A stretch of DNA of 64,000 nt from Trueperaceae bacterium (GCA_965213705.1 OZ243913.1:4032001-4096000); one strand, 5' to 3'; positions 12,800-23,036 are shown, counted from the first letter of the stretch. Program-made: numbers and translations. Notes: a model not told the origin generated them from the letters alone.

Positions 12800-13552
12800 A
12801 TGAAACGCGACGAGCTTGTGACTTGGCTGGACAATTATTTGGCGATTCACGACTACGACGACCCCTCCCTGAACGGGTTGCAAATAGAGGGCCGGGACGA
12901 GGTGAGCAAAGTCGCCGTCGCCGTCGACAGCAGCGTCACGACCTTCGAGCAGGCTTCGCTGACGGGCGCGGACATGCTGATTGTCCACCACGGCCTGTTT
13001 TGGGGCAAGCCGCTCGCGGTGACGGGGATGCACAAACGGCGTGTGGCGTACTTGCTCGAGCATGAAATAAGCCTGTACGCCGCCCACATCCCGCTCGACG
13101 CCCACCGCGAGGTCGGCAACAACTGGGGCCTGGCGCGGATTTTGGGCATGAGCGACCTGGAAGACTTCGGCACCTGGAAGGGCAAACCCATCGGCGTGAA
13201 GGGGACGTTTCCGAACAAGCTGAGCTTGCGCGACCTGGCCGACCTTTTAGAAAAAGAACTCGGCGAGGCGGTGCTCGTTCATGCGGGCGGCGAGCTTGAA
13301 ATCGGCAGCCTCGGAATTATCAGCGGCGGCGCGGCCTGGGACGTGGTGACGGCGGCGAACGAGAGCTTGGACGCCTTTCTGACCGGCGAACCCAAACACG
13401 AGGTTTTTTACGAGGCGTTCGAGCGCGGCGTCAACGCCCTGTACGCCGGGCACTACATGACCGAAACGGTCGGGGTGAACCTGCTCGCCGACAAGCTCCG
13501 CGACGAGTTCGGGCTGGCGACGGAGTTTATTTTGTTGCCGACGGGGTTGTGA
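12800..13552 (+). CDS. Nif3-like dinuclear metal centre protein (YbgI family)
   Basis: NGLQIEG, VHHGLFW, YAAHIPLDAH, GHYMTE. Confidence 0.93.
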   Translation: MKRDELVTWLDNYLAIHDYDDPSLNGLQIEGRDEVSKVAVAVDSSVTTFEQASLTGADMLIVHHGLFWGKPLAVTGMHKRRVAYLLEHEISLYAAHIPLDAHREVGNNWGLARILGMSDLEDFGTWKGKPIGVKGTFPNKLSLRDLADLLEKELGEAVLVHAGGELEIGSLGIISGGAAWDVVTAANESLDAFLTGEPKHEVFYEAFERGVNALYAGHYMTETVGVNLLADKLRDEFGLATEFILLPTGL

Positions 13553-13674
13553 CCCCCCTGAATGGCGCTTCGCTAATTCGGTCCCCCCTGAAAGGGGGGA
13601 TTGTAGGCTGGCGAACCGCCCCCAGCCCCCCTTCTTCAGGGGGGCCGCTCGAGCGCAGCGCTGAGCGGGGGGGT
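13551..13674. repeat. REP-like multi-hairpin palindromic element
   Basis: TCCCCCCT-GAA-AGGGGGGA and GCCCCCCT-TCTTC-AGGGGGGC hairpins bounded by ACCCCCC...GGGGGGT; same style as 7230-7343. Confidence 0.65.
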
Positions 13675-13675
13675 T

Positions 13676-14302
13676 ATGCCTAACGGCTTCTTCATCGTCT
13701 TCGAGGGCCCCGAGGGCGCAGGCAAGACGACGCAAATCGCGCGACTCGCCGCGCAACTGCGCGCGCACGGTGTCGAGCCCGTCCTGACCCGCGAGCCCGG
13801 CGGCACCAGGGCGGCGGACGCGATTCGGCAGGTCATCCTCGAGCCCACCCTCACTATCAACCCGCTCACAGAGTTTTTGCTCTACTCGGCAAGTCGGGCG
13901 CAGCACGTGGAAGAGGTCATCCGGCCCGCCCTCGAGCGTGGCAAACTCGTCATCAGCGACCGCTTTTTCGGGGCGTCGGTGGCGTACCAGGGCTACGGGC
14001 GCGGGCTCGAGCTGGACTTTGTCTATAGCCTTACGAAGCGCGTGACGGGCGGCTTGCAGTCCGACCTCGTGCTGCTCCTCGACTTGGACCCCGAGGTCGG
14101 CCTAAAACGCGTCGCCGCGCGGGGGTTCAAGGACCGGCTCGAGCTGGCCGACTTGGCGTTTCACCGCCGGGTGCGGGCGGGGTTTTTGAGGCAGGCTGAA
14201 GAAAATCCGCGTTGGACGGTTTTCGACGCCGCGCAGGGTGAGGACGCGTTGGCTCGAGACGTCTGGGCGACCGTGGAAGCCCACCTGAAACCGGTAGAGT
14301 AG
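13676..14302 (+). CDS. tmk: Thymidylate kinase
   Basis: FEGPEGAGKTT P-loop, TREPGG, SDRF, AYQGYGRG. Confidence 0.96.
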   Translation: MPNGFFIVFEGPEGAGKTTQIARLAAQLRAHGVEPVLTREPGGTRAADAIRQVILEPTLTINPLTEFLLYSASRAQHVEEVIRPALERGKLVISDRFFGASVAYQGYGRGLELDFVYSLTKRVTGGLQSDLVLLLDLDPEVGLKRVAARGFKDRLELADLAFHRRVRAGFLRQAEENPRWTVFDAAQGEDALARDVWATVEAHLKPVE

Positions 14303-14307
14303 GCGCT

Positions 14308-15072
14308 ATGTTCAAGGGTTTTGTCGCCGTTTTCTTCGTTATGCTGCTCGGCCTGGCGAGTTGTCAGGGCACCGCCACCCGCCAAGTTCCCAAAGTCCTC
14401 AACACTTACCCGCACGACGCGGGCGCTTTTACCCAGGGTTTGCTGCTGCATGACGGCGACCTCTACGAGAGCACCGGCTTGTTCGGCGAGTCTTCGCTGC
14501 GCGAGGTGGACTTGGAGACGGGCGAGGTCGTCCGCGAGCTGCCGATAGCGAGCGAGTATTTTGCCGAGGGTTTGGCGCTGGTCGGCGACAAGCTCGTGCA
14601 ACTGACCTGGCAAAACGGCCGCGCCTTTGTTTATGACCTCGAGACCTTCAACCAGGAGGGCCGCTTCTCCTACGAGACCGAGGGCTGGGGCCTGTGCTTT
14701 GATGGCGAAGACCTCTACATGTCGGACGGCAGCGCGACGCTGTTTGAGCGCGACGCGGAGACGTTTGAGATTGTGAGCGAAAAGCAGGTCAAGCTCGGCG
14801 GCGAGCCGGTGACGCAACTGAACGAACTCGAGTGTGTGGGCGATTTTGTGTACGCCAACGTGTGGCAGACCGACCGAATTGTCAAAATAGACAAAGAGAG
14901 CGGCCGCGTGGTGAGCGACATCGACGCGTCCGCCCTATTTCCCGCCGCCGAGCGCCCCGCCGACCCGAACGCGGTTCTCAACGGCATCGCTTACAACCCG
15001 GACACGGACACGTTTTACCTGACGGGCAAACTCTGGCCCAGGCTGTTCGAGGTGCGCTTTGTCGACAACTGA
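14308..15072 (+). CDS. Glutaminyl-peptide cyclotransferase (lipoprotein-like signal)
   Basis: AFTQGL, YESTG, FAEGL, QLTW, EGWG, LNELE, LNGIAY, TGKLWP. Confidence 0.92.
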   Translation: MFKGFVAVFFVMLLGLASCQGTATRQVPKVLNTYPHDAGAFTQGLLLHDGDLYESTGLFGESSLREVDLETGEVVRELPIASEYFAEGLALVGDKLVQLTWQNGRAFVYDLETFNQEGRFSYETEGWGLCFDGEDLYMSDGSATLFERDAETFEIVSEKQVKLGGEPVTQLNELECVGDFVYANVWQTDRIVKIDKESGRVVSDIDASALFPAAERPADPNAVLNGIAYNPDTDTFYLTGKLWPRLFEVRFVDN

Positions 15073-15102
15073 GCCGTCGATGACTGAGCCGTCGATGACT
15101 GA
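15068..15102. repeat. 15-bp tandem duplication ACTGAGCCGTCGATG (x2 plus partial)
   Basis: Read directly at the gene end. Confidence 0.7.
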
Positions 15103-15136
15103 ACCCGTAACCGACCGCCCCCCGGTGTAACGCCCG

Positions 15137-16096
15137 GTGCCGACCGACCTCGTTTGGTGGTTTTTGCTCGTCGTCGCCGTGTTCGCGGCGCACTGGGGGG
15201 CGGACAACATCGCCAAACCCCTGCAAAAACTCCGCAACCGCTTCGGGCTTTCAGCGGCGGCGGGCGGCGCGTTCATCGCGCTGGCGACCGCCAGCCCCGA
15301 AATCGGCACGAACACCGTGAGCGCCCTGCGCGGGCTCTCAGACATCGGTTTGGGCAACCTGCTCGGCTCGAACATCGTTTCGGTGCCGGTCATCGTGGTG
15401 ACGGCTTACCTGGCGACGCGCTCGCAACGCGACAAGCCGAGGTTGGAAGTCGAGTCTGGGACGAACCGCGTGCAGGCGCTGCCCTACCTCGCCGTCATCG
15501 GACTGGTGGCGCTTTTGACCTTGCCCGCGCCCTGGCGCGGGCTGCAACCTGTGGACGCGTTCATCATGCTGGCCGCGTACGTTCTTTACTTTGTCAACGC
15601 CCTTTTCAGGGGCCGCACCGAGGGCGAGGAAGTCGAATGGAGCACCCGCGAAAGCCTGTTGGCCGCGGCGGGCGCGGCCTCGCTTGTTTTGGGCGCTTAC
15701 CTCACCGTGTTCGCTACCGAGCGGATTGTGGAGAGTCTGGGCATCTCGCAAATCGTCGGGGGGCTGTTTATCACGGCTACTTTGAGCGTCGCGCCCGAAG
15801 TTTTCGCCACCTGGAGCGTCGCCAAGAGCGGTCAGATAACCTCGGCCACGACGAGCGTGATTGCGGACAACACGGCAACGATGACGCTCGCCTTTTTTCC
15901 GCTGGCGCTCGCCGTCACGCCCATCGACGACCTCGGTTTGTACGTGTTCAACCTGGCGTTCGTCGCCCTGTTCGCAGCCCTTTACGCTTTTTTCGTGTGG
16001 CGGGGACGCGGCCACGCCTTTTCGCTGGGCGAAATTGGTGCACTGGTCGCCGTCTACGGGGTTTACCTCGTCGCGGTCATAGGCTTTGTGCTGTGA
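15137..16096 (+). CDS. Sodium:calcium antiporter family protein
   Basis: Alpha-1 repeat ALATASPE...GNLLGSN and alpha-2 repeat SVAPE; ~10 TM. Confidence 0.85.
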   Translation: MPTDLVWWFLLVVAVFAAHWGADNIAKPLQKLRNRFGLSAAAGGAFIALATASPEIGTNTVSALRGLSDIGLGNLLGSNIVSVPVIVVTAYLATRSQRDKPRLEVESGTNRVQALPYLAVIGLVALLTLPAPWRGLQPVDAFIMLAAYVLYFVNALFRGRTEGEEVEWSTRESLLAAAGAASLVLGAYLTVFATERIVESLGISQIVGGLFITATLSVAPEVFATWSVAKSGQITSATTSVIADNTATMTLAFFPLALAVTPIDDLGLYVFNLAFVALFAALYAFFVWRGRGHAFSLGEIGALVAVYGVYLVAVIGFVL

Positions 16097-16123
16097 CCGT
16101 GTTTGCAGGAGAGGCAGTGCAAC

Positions 16124-16465
16124 CTAGTCTTTGCTCGAGCCCTTCGCTTCACTTTTCTTCTCAGGCTTGGCCTCGGTTTTGGGCTCGGCTTTAGTTTCCG
16201 ACTTGGTCTCGCTTTTCGCGTCAGATTTCGCCTCGCCCTTGTCGGCCTTGGCGTCGCCGTCATTCTTAGGCTTGCTGGTGCTTTCGGACTTTCTCGAGTC
16301 GGTCACGTAAAAGCCCGACCCCTTGAAAGAGATGCCGACCGGCTGAACGAGGCGCTTGACGGGGTCGCCGGTTTGGGGGTGTTCGGTTAGCGCGGACTCG
16401 CTGATGCGCTGCGCGAGTTCGAAAGTCTCACCCGTGTTCAGGTTTCTGTAGACGTAAACAGGCAT
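16124..16465 (-). CDS. FmdB-family zinc-ribbon-like protein lacking cysteines
   Basis: MPVYVY...FELAQ...ISFKGSGFYVTD signature with K/S/E-rich tail. Confidence 0.8.
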   Translation of the reverse strand: MPVYVYRNLNTGETFELAQRISESALTEHPQTGDPVKRLVQPVGISFKGSGFYVTDSRKSESTSKPKNDGDAKADKGEAKSDAKSETKSETKAEPKTEAKPEKKSEAKGSSKD

Positions 16466-16500
16466 GGTAAAGGGTTCCTCCAACTTGCGGCGGGGCCGCA

Positions 16501-16553
16501 GACCTCAACACAACAGACTTCAGCACAACAGACTTCAACACAACAAACTTCAG
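16501..16553. repeat. 15-bp tandem repeat GACTTCAACACAACA (~3.5 copies) in a divergent spacer
   Basis: Read directly. Confidence 0.7.
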
Positions 16554-16586
16554 TATCCAAGTTTACAGGCTTGTTAGGCTGGGGGT

Positions 16587-17591
16587 GTGACGCAAGCTTC
16601 ACAGGATGTTTCCAGCAGCAAGCTCGCCGTGCTCGGCGCGGGCGCGTGGGGCACGGTGCTGGCGGGTCTGCTCGCCGAAAACGGTCACCGGGTGCGGCTG
16701 TGGGCGCGGCGCGAAGCACTGGCGCTGAGCATCAACGCCACACATGAAAATCACGACTACGTGCCGGGGCTGAAGCTGCCCGCCACGGTTCGGGCGACCT
16801 CCAGTTTGACCGAAGCCGTGCGCGGCGTCGCAGCCGCCGTCGTCGCCGTGCCGAGTAAGGGCTTGCGCGAGGTGTTGGCCGAGCTGCCCACGGTGCCCGC
16901 TTTCATCTCGGCGAGCAAGGGTTTGGAACCCGGCAGCTTAAAGCGTTTCAGCCAAATCATCGCGGAGTATCAGCCGGGGGCCGTGTTGGCGGCGCTCTCG
17001 GGGCCGAACCTGGCGAAGGAAATCGCCGCGGGCAAGCCTGCCGCGGCGACCCTGGCCTCGTCGGACGAACACTTTGCGGCCACGGCGCAACGCTGGTTCA
17101 ACGGGCCAACCTTCCGCGTTTACACGAGTTCCGACCTCGTCGGCGTCGAAACGGCCGGGGCGATGAAAAACGTCGTCGCCCTCGCCGCCGGGCTGTGCGA
17201 CGGCCTGGGCTTGGGCGACAACGCCAAAGCGAGCATCATCACGCGCGGCCTCGCCGAAATCGTCCGGCTCGGCACGCGTTTGGGCGGCGAAGCCGGAACC
17301 TTTTACGGCCTGGCGGGCCTGGGCGACGTGATAGCGACCTGCTCGAGCCCGGACTCCCGCAACCACAGCGCCGGGGTGCGCTTGGCGCGGGGCGAAACTT
17401 TGGGCGACCTCCGGGCGACTTCTCTCAACGCCGAAGGTATCCCGACCGTCAAAGCCGTCTACGAGTACGCCGCCGAACACGCGCTCGAGCTGCCCATCTG
17501 CACCGAGGTCTACCGGGTCGTCTACGAGCAAAAACCCGCTGCAGCCGCGCTGCGCGACCTCATGAGCCGGGACGCGAAGCGGGAAAGTTGA
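16587..17591 (+). CDS. gpsA: NAD(P)H-dependent glycerol-3-phosphate dehydrogenase
   Basis: GAGAWGT, SGPNLA, GAMKNVVA, GDNAKA, GLGD..ATC. Confidence 0.96.
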   Translation: MTQASQDVSSSKLAVLGAGAWGTVLAGLLAENGHRVRLWARREALALSINATHENHDYVPGLKLPATVRATSSLTEAVRGVAAAVVAVPSKGLREVLAELPTVPAFISASKGLEPGSLKRFSQIIAEYQPGAVLAALSGPNLAKEIAAGKPAAATLASSDEHFAATAQRWFNGPTFRVYTSSDLVGVETAGAMKNVVALAAGLCDGLGLGDNAKASIITRGLAEIVRLGTRLGGEAGTFYGLAGLGDVIATCSSPDSRNHSAGVRLARGETLGDLRATSLNAEGIPTVKAVYEYAAEHALELPICTEVYRVVYEQKPAAAALRDLMSRDAKRES

Positions 17592-17711
17592 TACCCTTCC
17601 TGTTTTGTTCCGAGGAAGTCAAACACGAGCAGAGCAAAAAACGCGGGTTCCAACAAGAAAGCGCAAGACTTCTCCAAGGTTTACGAACTGCAGTAGCGGA
17701 AGCCGTACGAC

Positions 17712-19424
17712 CTACTCCTCACAGGCTTTTTGGTCGTCGTAACTCACGCTGACGCCTCGAGCCTCCAGGGTTTGAATCACGCGTAAAGCGTCGCTGCCGT
17801 TTGAAACGTCCAGACAGTTCTCTTTGGCGCTCACGGCGCGCAAACTGCTCAGCGCCAAAAGCGGGCTGAGGTCGCTGAGGTCGTTGCCGCTCAGCGTCAC
17901 ACTTTGCAGGCTCGGCATGTCGGCCAGCGGCGACACGTCGGTGAGGGCGTTGTCGGACAAACCCAGGGTCTCCAGAACCGGCAGCGCCGTGAGCGGCGCG
18001 ACGTCGGTAACTTCGTTGCGCGTCAGGCTGAGGTCGGTCAAGGCGGTCAAACTCGCCAGCGGGGTCACGTCGCTGACGCCGGCGCGGTCGAGTTGCAACT
18101 CCTGCAAACCGGGAAACCGCGCCAGCTCGCCCAAGTCCTCGAGCTGCGTCGAACTCAGGTTGAGGCGGGTCAAACCCGTCAAGCCGTAGAGCGGGCTCAA
18201 ACTCGTCAGGGCGGCGCCGGACAGGTCGAGCCGGGTGAGCACGCTCAGGTTTTGCAGGGCTGAAAAGTCTTCGACCGGGTTGCCGCCCAAAGACAAACGC
18301 TCGAGGCCTGCAAGCGAAGCCAACGGCGTCACGTCGGCGACCTCGTTGCGCGACACGTCGAGTTGCGTCAGGTTTTGTAGGCTCAAGAGGGACGCAACGT
18401 CAGTGACGGCGTTGCGCGCGAGCGAAAGGTTGACGAGTTTGGTGAGACCCGCCAACGGCGCGACGCTCGCAAGCTCGTTGCGGTCCAGATTCAACGTGTC
18501 GAGTGCGGTCAAACTCGCCAGCGGGGTCACGTCGGCAATCGCGTTGCGCTCCAAAAACAGGTCGGTCAGGGCGCCCAAACCGGCCAGCGGCGTCACGTCG
18601 GAAACTTGGTTGCGTCCCGCGTCCAGCTTGCGCAGCTTGGCGAGGTTGGCGAGCGGGCTCAAACTCACCACCTGGTTGTTCTCGATGTAAAGCTCGCTCA
18701 GGTTGCGCAGGTTGGCGAGCGGCCCCACGCTGACGACCGCGTTGCGGCCCAAGTCCAGGTACTCCAGGCTGGTGAGTCCGGCGAGCGGCAACAGGTCGCT
18801 GACGTTGTTCCGGTCCAGCCGCAACCGCGTCAGACCCGTCAGGTTGAAGAGCGGGCTCAAGTCGCTGATTTGGTTGCTCTCCAGCTCGAGCCCCTCCAGG
18901 GCGTTCAAGCCGGACACAAAACCGACGTCGCTCAGCTCCATGTTGCCCAGCGTCAGGGTTTTGAGGTCGGTCAAAGCGTTCAAGGGGCTGAAGTCCTGGA
19001 CCGGGTTGCCGTCCAGGGCGACGCTCCGCACCTGAGGCATCTGCGCGAGCGGGCCGATGTTTGCAAGGTCGTTGTTCTCCAAGCGCAGGTCGGTCAGCCG
19101 CTCCAGTCCCACCAGCGGCGACAGGTCGCTGACCGCGTGGCCCCTGACGCTGAGTTGGCTGAGGCGTTCGGCCCCGGACAGGTCTTCTAAACTCCGCACG
19201 GTGCCGAGGTCGGTGCTGACGTTCAAGCGCTGCAAAAGCGACAACGCCCGGCAGGTCACGGGGGCGTCGCTGTCCAACTCCGACTTTACAGCCGCCTCGA
19301 CCACAGGGTCGGCAAAAACGACCCGCGCGTTCGGGTTGCTGCACTCGGCGCTGTTCGTCAACCGCGGCGCGCAGGCGCTCAGCGCGAGCAAGCCGACGCA
19401 ACTCAACCTCAGCAGGTTTTTCAT
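17712..19424 (-). CDS. Internalin-like leucine-rich-repeat lipoprotein
   Basis: Lipobox LLALSAC followed by ~20 22-residue LRRs (LxxLxLxxNxIxDLxPL). Confidence 0.9.
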   Translation of the reverse strand: MKNLLRLSCVGLLALSACAPRLTNSAECSNPNARVVFADPVVEAAVKSELDSDAPVTCRALSLLQRLNVSTDLGTVRSLEDLSGAERLSQLSVRGHAVSDLSPLVGLERLTDLRLENNDLANIGPLAQMPQVRSVALDGNPVQDFSPLNALTDLKTLTLGNMELSDVGFVSGLNALEGLELESNQISDLSPLFNLTGLTRLRLDRNNVSDLLPLAGLTSLEYLDLGRNAVVSVGPLANLRNLSELYIENNQVVSLSPLANLAKLRKLDAGRNQVSDVTPLAGLGALTDLFLERNAIADVTPLASLTALDTLNLDRNELASVAPLAGLTKLVNLSLARNAVTDVASLLSLQNLTQLDVSRNEVADVTPLASLAGLERLSLGGNPVEDFSALQNLSVLTRLDLSGAALTSLSPLYGLTGLTRLNLSSTQLEDLGELARFPGLQELQLDRAGVSDVTPLASLTALTDLSLTRNEVTDVAPLTALPVLETLGLSDNALTDVSPLADMPSLQSVTLSGNDLSDLSPLLALSSLRAVSAKENCLDVSNGSDALRVIQTLEARGVSVSYDDQKACEE

Positions 19425-19606
19425 GTCCAACTTCCTTTCAAACGTTAGGGCTTTTCCGGGGAACCTTCACACGACGTTCCAAAGTGTAACGGGCCGGTCA
19501 CGCTCCCGTGTGTGAGGAGTTTCGAATCTAAAGGTTTGCTGAAGCAGTTTGGAGTCTTTGTAATCTTTGCGAGAATAATCTTCGTGAGAGGTCGCCTCGG
19601 CAGTGG

Positions 19607-19654
19607 TTTGAGGCGCTGGGGCTTTGAGGCGTTGAAGTTTTGAGGCGCTGGGGT
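19607..19654. repeat. 16-bp tandem repeat TTTGAGGCGCTGGGG(C/T) x3
   Basis: Read directly in the intergenic region. Confidence 0.65.
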
Positions 19655-19837
19655 TCTGATTGGGCGGTGTTTGAGTCGGTAGCGTTCTCGAGAGGAGACA
19701 GCCTCGAGCCCGGTCGTTCCAATCAAATTCCCGCCCCACGGGTGACGACCGAAACCGGCGTGCGAGCGGCGCTACCGGCTCACACACCCCGGCTCCCCCT
19801 TTAGGCTGACGCGGGCGAACGCGGCGGCTCCGGTAAG

Positions 19838-20758
19838 ATGAGGAGTATGCCAGCCATCGCCGCCACAAACCTCAGCAAGCGCTACGGCCGCGCCAAGGCC
19901 GTCGACGACCTCAGCTTCACGATTGAACAAGGTGAAATCGTCGGCTTTCTCGGTCCCAACGGGGCGGGCAAAACGACGACCCTGCGGATGCTCGCCGGGT
20001 TGATTCGCCCGACGAGCGGCAGCAGCCAGGTTTTGGGCCGCAAGGTGCCGAGCCAGCAACTCCTGAACGTCGGCACGATGATTGAAGAGCCCGCCTTTTA
20101 CCCGTACATGACGGGCCGCGCCAACCTCCGGCATGCCGGGCTGCTCCACGGCGGCGTGGCTGAAGCGCGCATCGACGAGATTTTGAGTTTCGTCAGCATG
20201 GACCAGGCCGCCGACAAACGCGTTTCGGCCTACTCGCAGGGGATGCGGCAGCGTTTGGGCTTGGCTCGAGCCCTCCTGTGGAACCCCAAGGTGCTGCTCC
20301 TCGACGAGCCCACCAACGGCCTCGACCCGGTCGGCATCGCCGAGATTCGTGAAAATCTACGCTCAATCGCGCAGCAGGGCGTGACGATTCTCATTTCGTC
20401 GCACATCCTCGCGGAAATCGAGAAACTGGTCGAGCGCATCTTGGCCGTCGAGAAGGGAAAACTCTTGTTCGACGGCCCGTTGCGGCAGCTTGTCATGCAC
20501 ATGGAAGAGGCGGCGGTGGTGTACGTGCTCGAGGCCGTCAGTCAAGAAGCGCTTACAAGCGCCCTGCAGTCTTTCGGCTACGCCCCGCAGACCCTCGACG
20601 CGGCGCGCGTCCGCGTCGGCGTGCCCGTTGACGACGTACCCGGCCTGTTGAAGCGGCTCGTCGACGCCGACGTCGAGGTGTTGGAAGCGCGGCGCGACAC
20701 GGACAACTTAGAAGGCGCTTACCTGCGCCTCTTGAAAGAAGACGGGAGGCCGTCGTGA
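19838..20758 (+). CDS. ABC transporter ATP-binding protein (ABC-2 exporter type)
   Basis: GPNGAGKTT, YSQGMRQR, LLDEPTNGLDP. Confidence 0.93.
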   Translation: MRSMPAIAATNLSKRYGRAKAVDDLSFTIEQGEIVGFLGPNGAGKTTTLRMLAGLIRPTSGSSQVLGRKVPSQQLLNVGTMIEEPAFYPYMTGRANLRHAGLLHGGVAEARIDEILSFVSMDQAADKRVSAYSQGMRQRLGLARALLWNPKVLLLDEPTNGLDPVGIAEIRENLRSIAQQGVTILISSHILAEIEKLVERILAVEKGKLLFDGPLRQLVMHMEEAAVVYVLEAVSQEALTSALQSFGYAPQTLDAARVRVGVPVDDVPGLLKRLVDADVEVLEARRDTDNLEGAYLRLLKEDGRPS

Positions 20759-21705
20759 ACGCGTTTGTAAACGTCGTCCGGGCCGAGCTGTTCAAGGTCG
20801 TACGTAAAAAACGTACCTACATCCTGGCGGGTTTGTGGTGGATTGTGGGGCCGGTGCTCGCCCTGGTCGTGGGGCGGGTCGTGCAAACCAGTTTGTCGGG
20901 CTCGTTTGTCGAAGGCGACGTTCCGGTGCAAGGCGTGCTGCAAGCTTTCGCCTCACCCTACGGCGTGGCGCGCGTCGCGCTCGCGCTACCTGCGCTCATC
21001 AGCCCGACCTACTACATCATCGTGCTTTCGCTGCTTGGCGCGCTGTTTATCGGCGAGGAGCGCAGCCAGAACATGTGGAAAACGGTGCTGGTGGCGCAGC
21101 CCAACCGCCTGGCGGTACTTGCAGGCAAGTTTACAGTCGCCATGCTCACCTTCGGCGTGATTTTGTTCGGCGCGTGCTTGAGCGGTTTTCTGTTCGGCGC
21201 GCTCGGCATGACTTTTTTACCCACGACGTTCGCGGGCGACTGGGGCGGGTTGCTCGGGTTGTACGCCTTGCAGTGGGTGTACAGCGTCGCCGGGATGATG
21301 TTCGCGTTTCTGATGATTTGGCTGTTGCGCAACGTCGCGCTCGGCATCGTGTCGGTGTTTTTCCTGCCGGCGCTGCTCGAGGGCCTCTACACGGTTTACG
21401 CCACCGCCGTCGGCTTTCAGCCCTTAAACCGCCTCAACGCGCTGTTTCAAGCCTTGCGGCTGCGGAACACGCTCGAGGAACTGCCCCGCTACTTTTTCAC
21501 CACCAACCTCTACGCGCCCGCCCGCGAACCCTTGAGCGCGCTCATCAGCGCCTTTGGCGGCGACCTCAACGCGGACACAGCCGGGCCTTTTCAAAACCTG
21601 CTCGGCACCGTGAGTTTGGAGCACGCCGCGCTCGTCGTCGGCGGTTACACGGTCGTGTTCGGCGCGGTTTTGTTGTGGAGTTTTTTGCGGCGGGACGTGG
21701 GGTAA
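20755..21705 (+). CDS. ABC-2 type permease
   Basis: 6 TM, RAELFK, GEE...WKTVL...R...LAGK; GTGA overlap with the ATPase gene. Confidence 0.88.
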   Translation: MNAFVNVVRAELFKVVRKKRTYILAGLWWIVGPVLALVVGRVVQTSLSGSFVEGDVPVQGVLQAFASPYGVARVALALPALISPTYYIIVLSLLGALFIGEERSQNMWKTVLVAQPNRLAVLAGKFTVAMLTFGVILFGACLSGFLFGALGMTFLPTTFAGDWGGLLGLYALQWVYSVAGMMFAFLMIWLLRNVALGIVSVFFLPALLEGLYTVYATAVGFQPLNRLNALFQALRLRNTLEELPRYFFTTNLYAPAREPLSALISAFGGDLNADTAGPFQNLLGTVSLEHAALVVGGYTVVFGAVLLWSFLRRDVG

Positions 21706-21708
21706 AAA

Positions 21709-21808
21709 AGTACCGAGTACCGAGTGAAAAGTAGTAAGTGGAAATCCGAAGCCCTTTCTCCCCTACTCCTCCGCTCCCCTACTCCCCACTCTCCTACTCC
21801 CCACTTCC
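21709..21808. repeat. Short tandem repeats: AGTACCG units then CCCTACT/CCCCACT-like units
   Basis: Read directly; shares AGTACCGAGTACCGAG and CCGAAGCCCTT with 3144-3180. Confidence 0.6.
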
Positions 21809-21869
21809 AGGATGTCCGCCTCGAGGCGACTACACTTCCGCGCCTTCCCGACTCGGTACAGTAAGCCGG

Positions 21870-23036
21870 ATGCGCCGACCGCCCCGCCCTACGCCCTGGC
21901 GCACTGCGTTTTTGGTTTACCTCGCGGCGTTCGCGGCTTTTATCGCCATGTACTTGCCGCAGCCCGTGTTGCCGCTGTTAGCTCAGGACTTCGGGGTGAG
22001 CCCGAGTTCGGCGGGACTGCTGGTTTCGGCCCTCGTTTTGAGCGTCGCGTTTATGTCGCTGGTCGTCGCGCCGCTGTCCGACCGGGTGGGGCGGAAACCT
22101 GTGCTGGTGGGCTGTTCACTGCTGCTGGCCGGGCCGTCGCTCGCCTGTGCGCTCGCGTCGGACTTCAGCCACTTGGTTGCCATGCGATTTTTGCAGGGCG
22201 CGCTCGTGCCGGGCGTGCTAGCCATCAGCGTCGCTTACTTGACGGAAGAGTTCGCGCCTGCGCGGGTGCCCGTGCTGGTCGGCGGCTACATTTCGGCGAC
22301 CGTCGTCGGCGGCATGACGAGCCGACTCCTGAGCGGCGCGGTGAGCGAACTGTTGAGCTGGCGCTGGGCCTTCGGGGTGAGCAGCTTGTTCAGTTTGCTG
22401 GTGGGGCTGGTTCTGCTCGTGTTTTTACCCGCCTCACGCCACTTTCAACCCACCTTGAACCTGCGCGGCGCGTACCGGGGCATGGCCGCACACCTGCGCG
22501 ACAAACGCCTTGTCGGCGGCTACCTGGTGGGGTCGCTGCTGTTTTTCGCGTTTCTAGGCTTGTTTACCTACCTGCCTTTTCACCTCGCCGGGCCGCCCTA
22601 CAATTTTTCACCTCTGCGGATAGGTTTCGTGTTTCTGGTTTACGGCGCGGGAGCCGTCTCGTCACCGCTGGCCGGGCGTTTGGCGCGGCGTTTTCGGTTC
22701 TGGCAAATTCTTGTCGGGGCGCTTTCCGTGACGCTTCTCGCCAACCTGCTTACCGCAGCGCCGAGCGCCGCCGTCCTCGTGTGCGCGCTCCTGCTGCTCT
22801 GTTTTGCAAACTTCGTCGTGCAGAGTACGGCGACCGCCTTCGTCGCGGCGACGGCCGAGCACGACCGCGCCGGGGCAAACGCGCTTTACCTCTTTTTTTA
22901 TTACGTCGGCGGGAGTTTGGGCGGGTACTTACCGGGTCTGCTGTGGCCGCTTTACGGTTGGGCCGGGGTGCTGGCGCTGACCGTCACGTCGTTGCTTTTG
23001 GCTGTCACGGTGGCGCTGACGCTGTGCCGGCGGTAA
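21870..23036 (+). CDS. MFS transporter (YnfM-like)
   Basis: 12 TM, LSDRVGRK motif A, MYLPQPVLP; start moved to ATG 21870. Confidence 0.88.
   Translation: MRRPPRPTPWRTAFLVYLAAFAAFIAMYLPQPVLPLLAQDFGVSPSSAGLLVSALVLSVAFMSLVVAPLSDRVGRKPVLVGCSLLLAGPSLACALASDFSHLVAMRFLQGALVPGVLAISVAYLTEEFAPARVPVLVGGYISATVVGGMTSRLLSGAVSELLSWRWAFGVSSLFSLLVGLVLLVFLPASRHFQPTLNLRGAYRGMAAHLRDKRLVGGYLVGSLLFFAFLGLFTYLPFHLAGPPYNFSPLRIGFVFLVYGAGAVSSPLAGRLARRFRFWQILVGALSVTLLANLLTAAPSAAVLVCALLLLCFANFVVQSTATAFVAATAEHDRAGANALYLFFYYVGGSLGGYLPGLLWPLYGWAGVLALTVTSLLLAVTVALTLCRR

Noticed and set aside
17654..17681. CAAGAAA/CAAGACT/CAAGGTT resembling the regulon box
   Set aside because: Spacing is 10 then 11 bp, there is no -10 at the expected distance, and it lies between convergent genes
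21738..21869. Pro/Ser-rich N-terminal extension of the MFS transporter
   Set aside because: It is translation through intergenic tandem repeats
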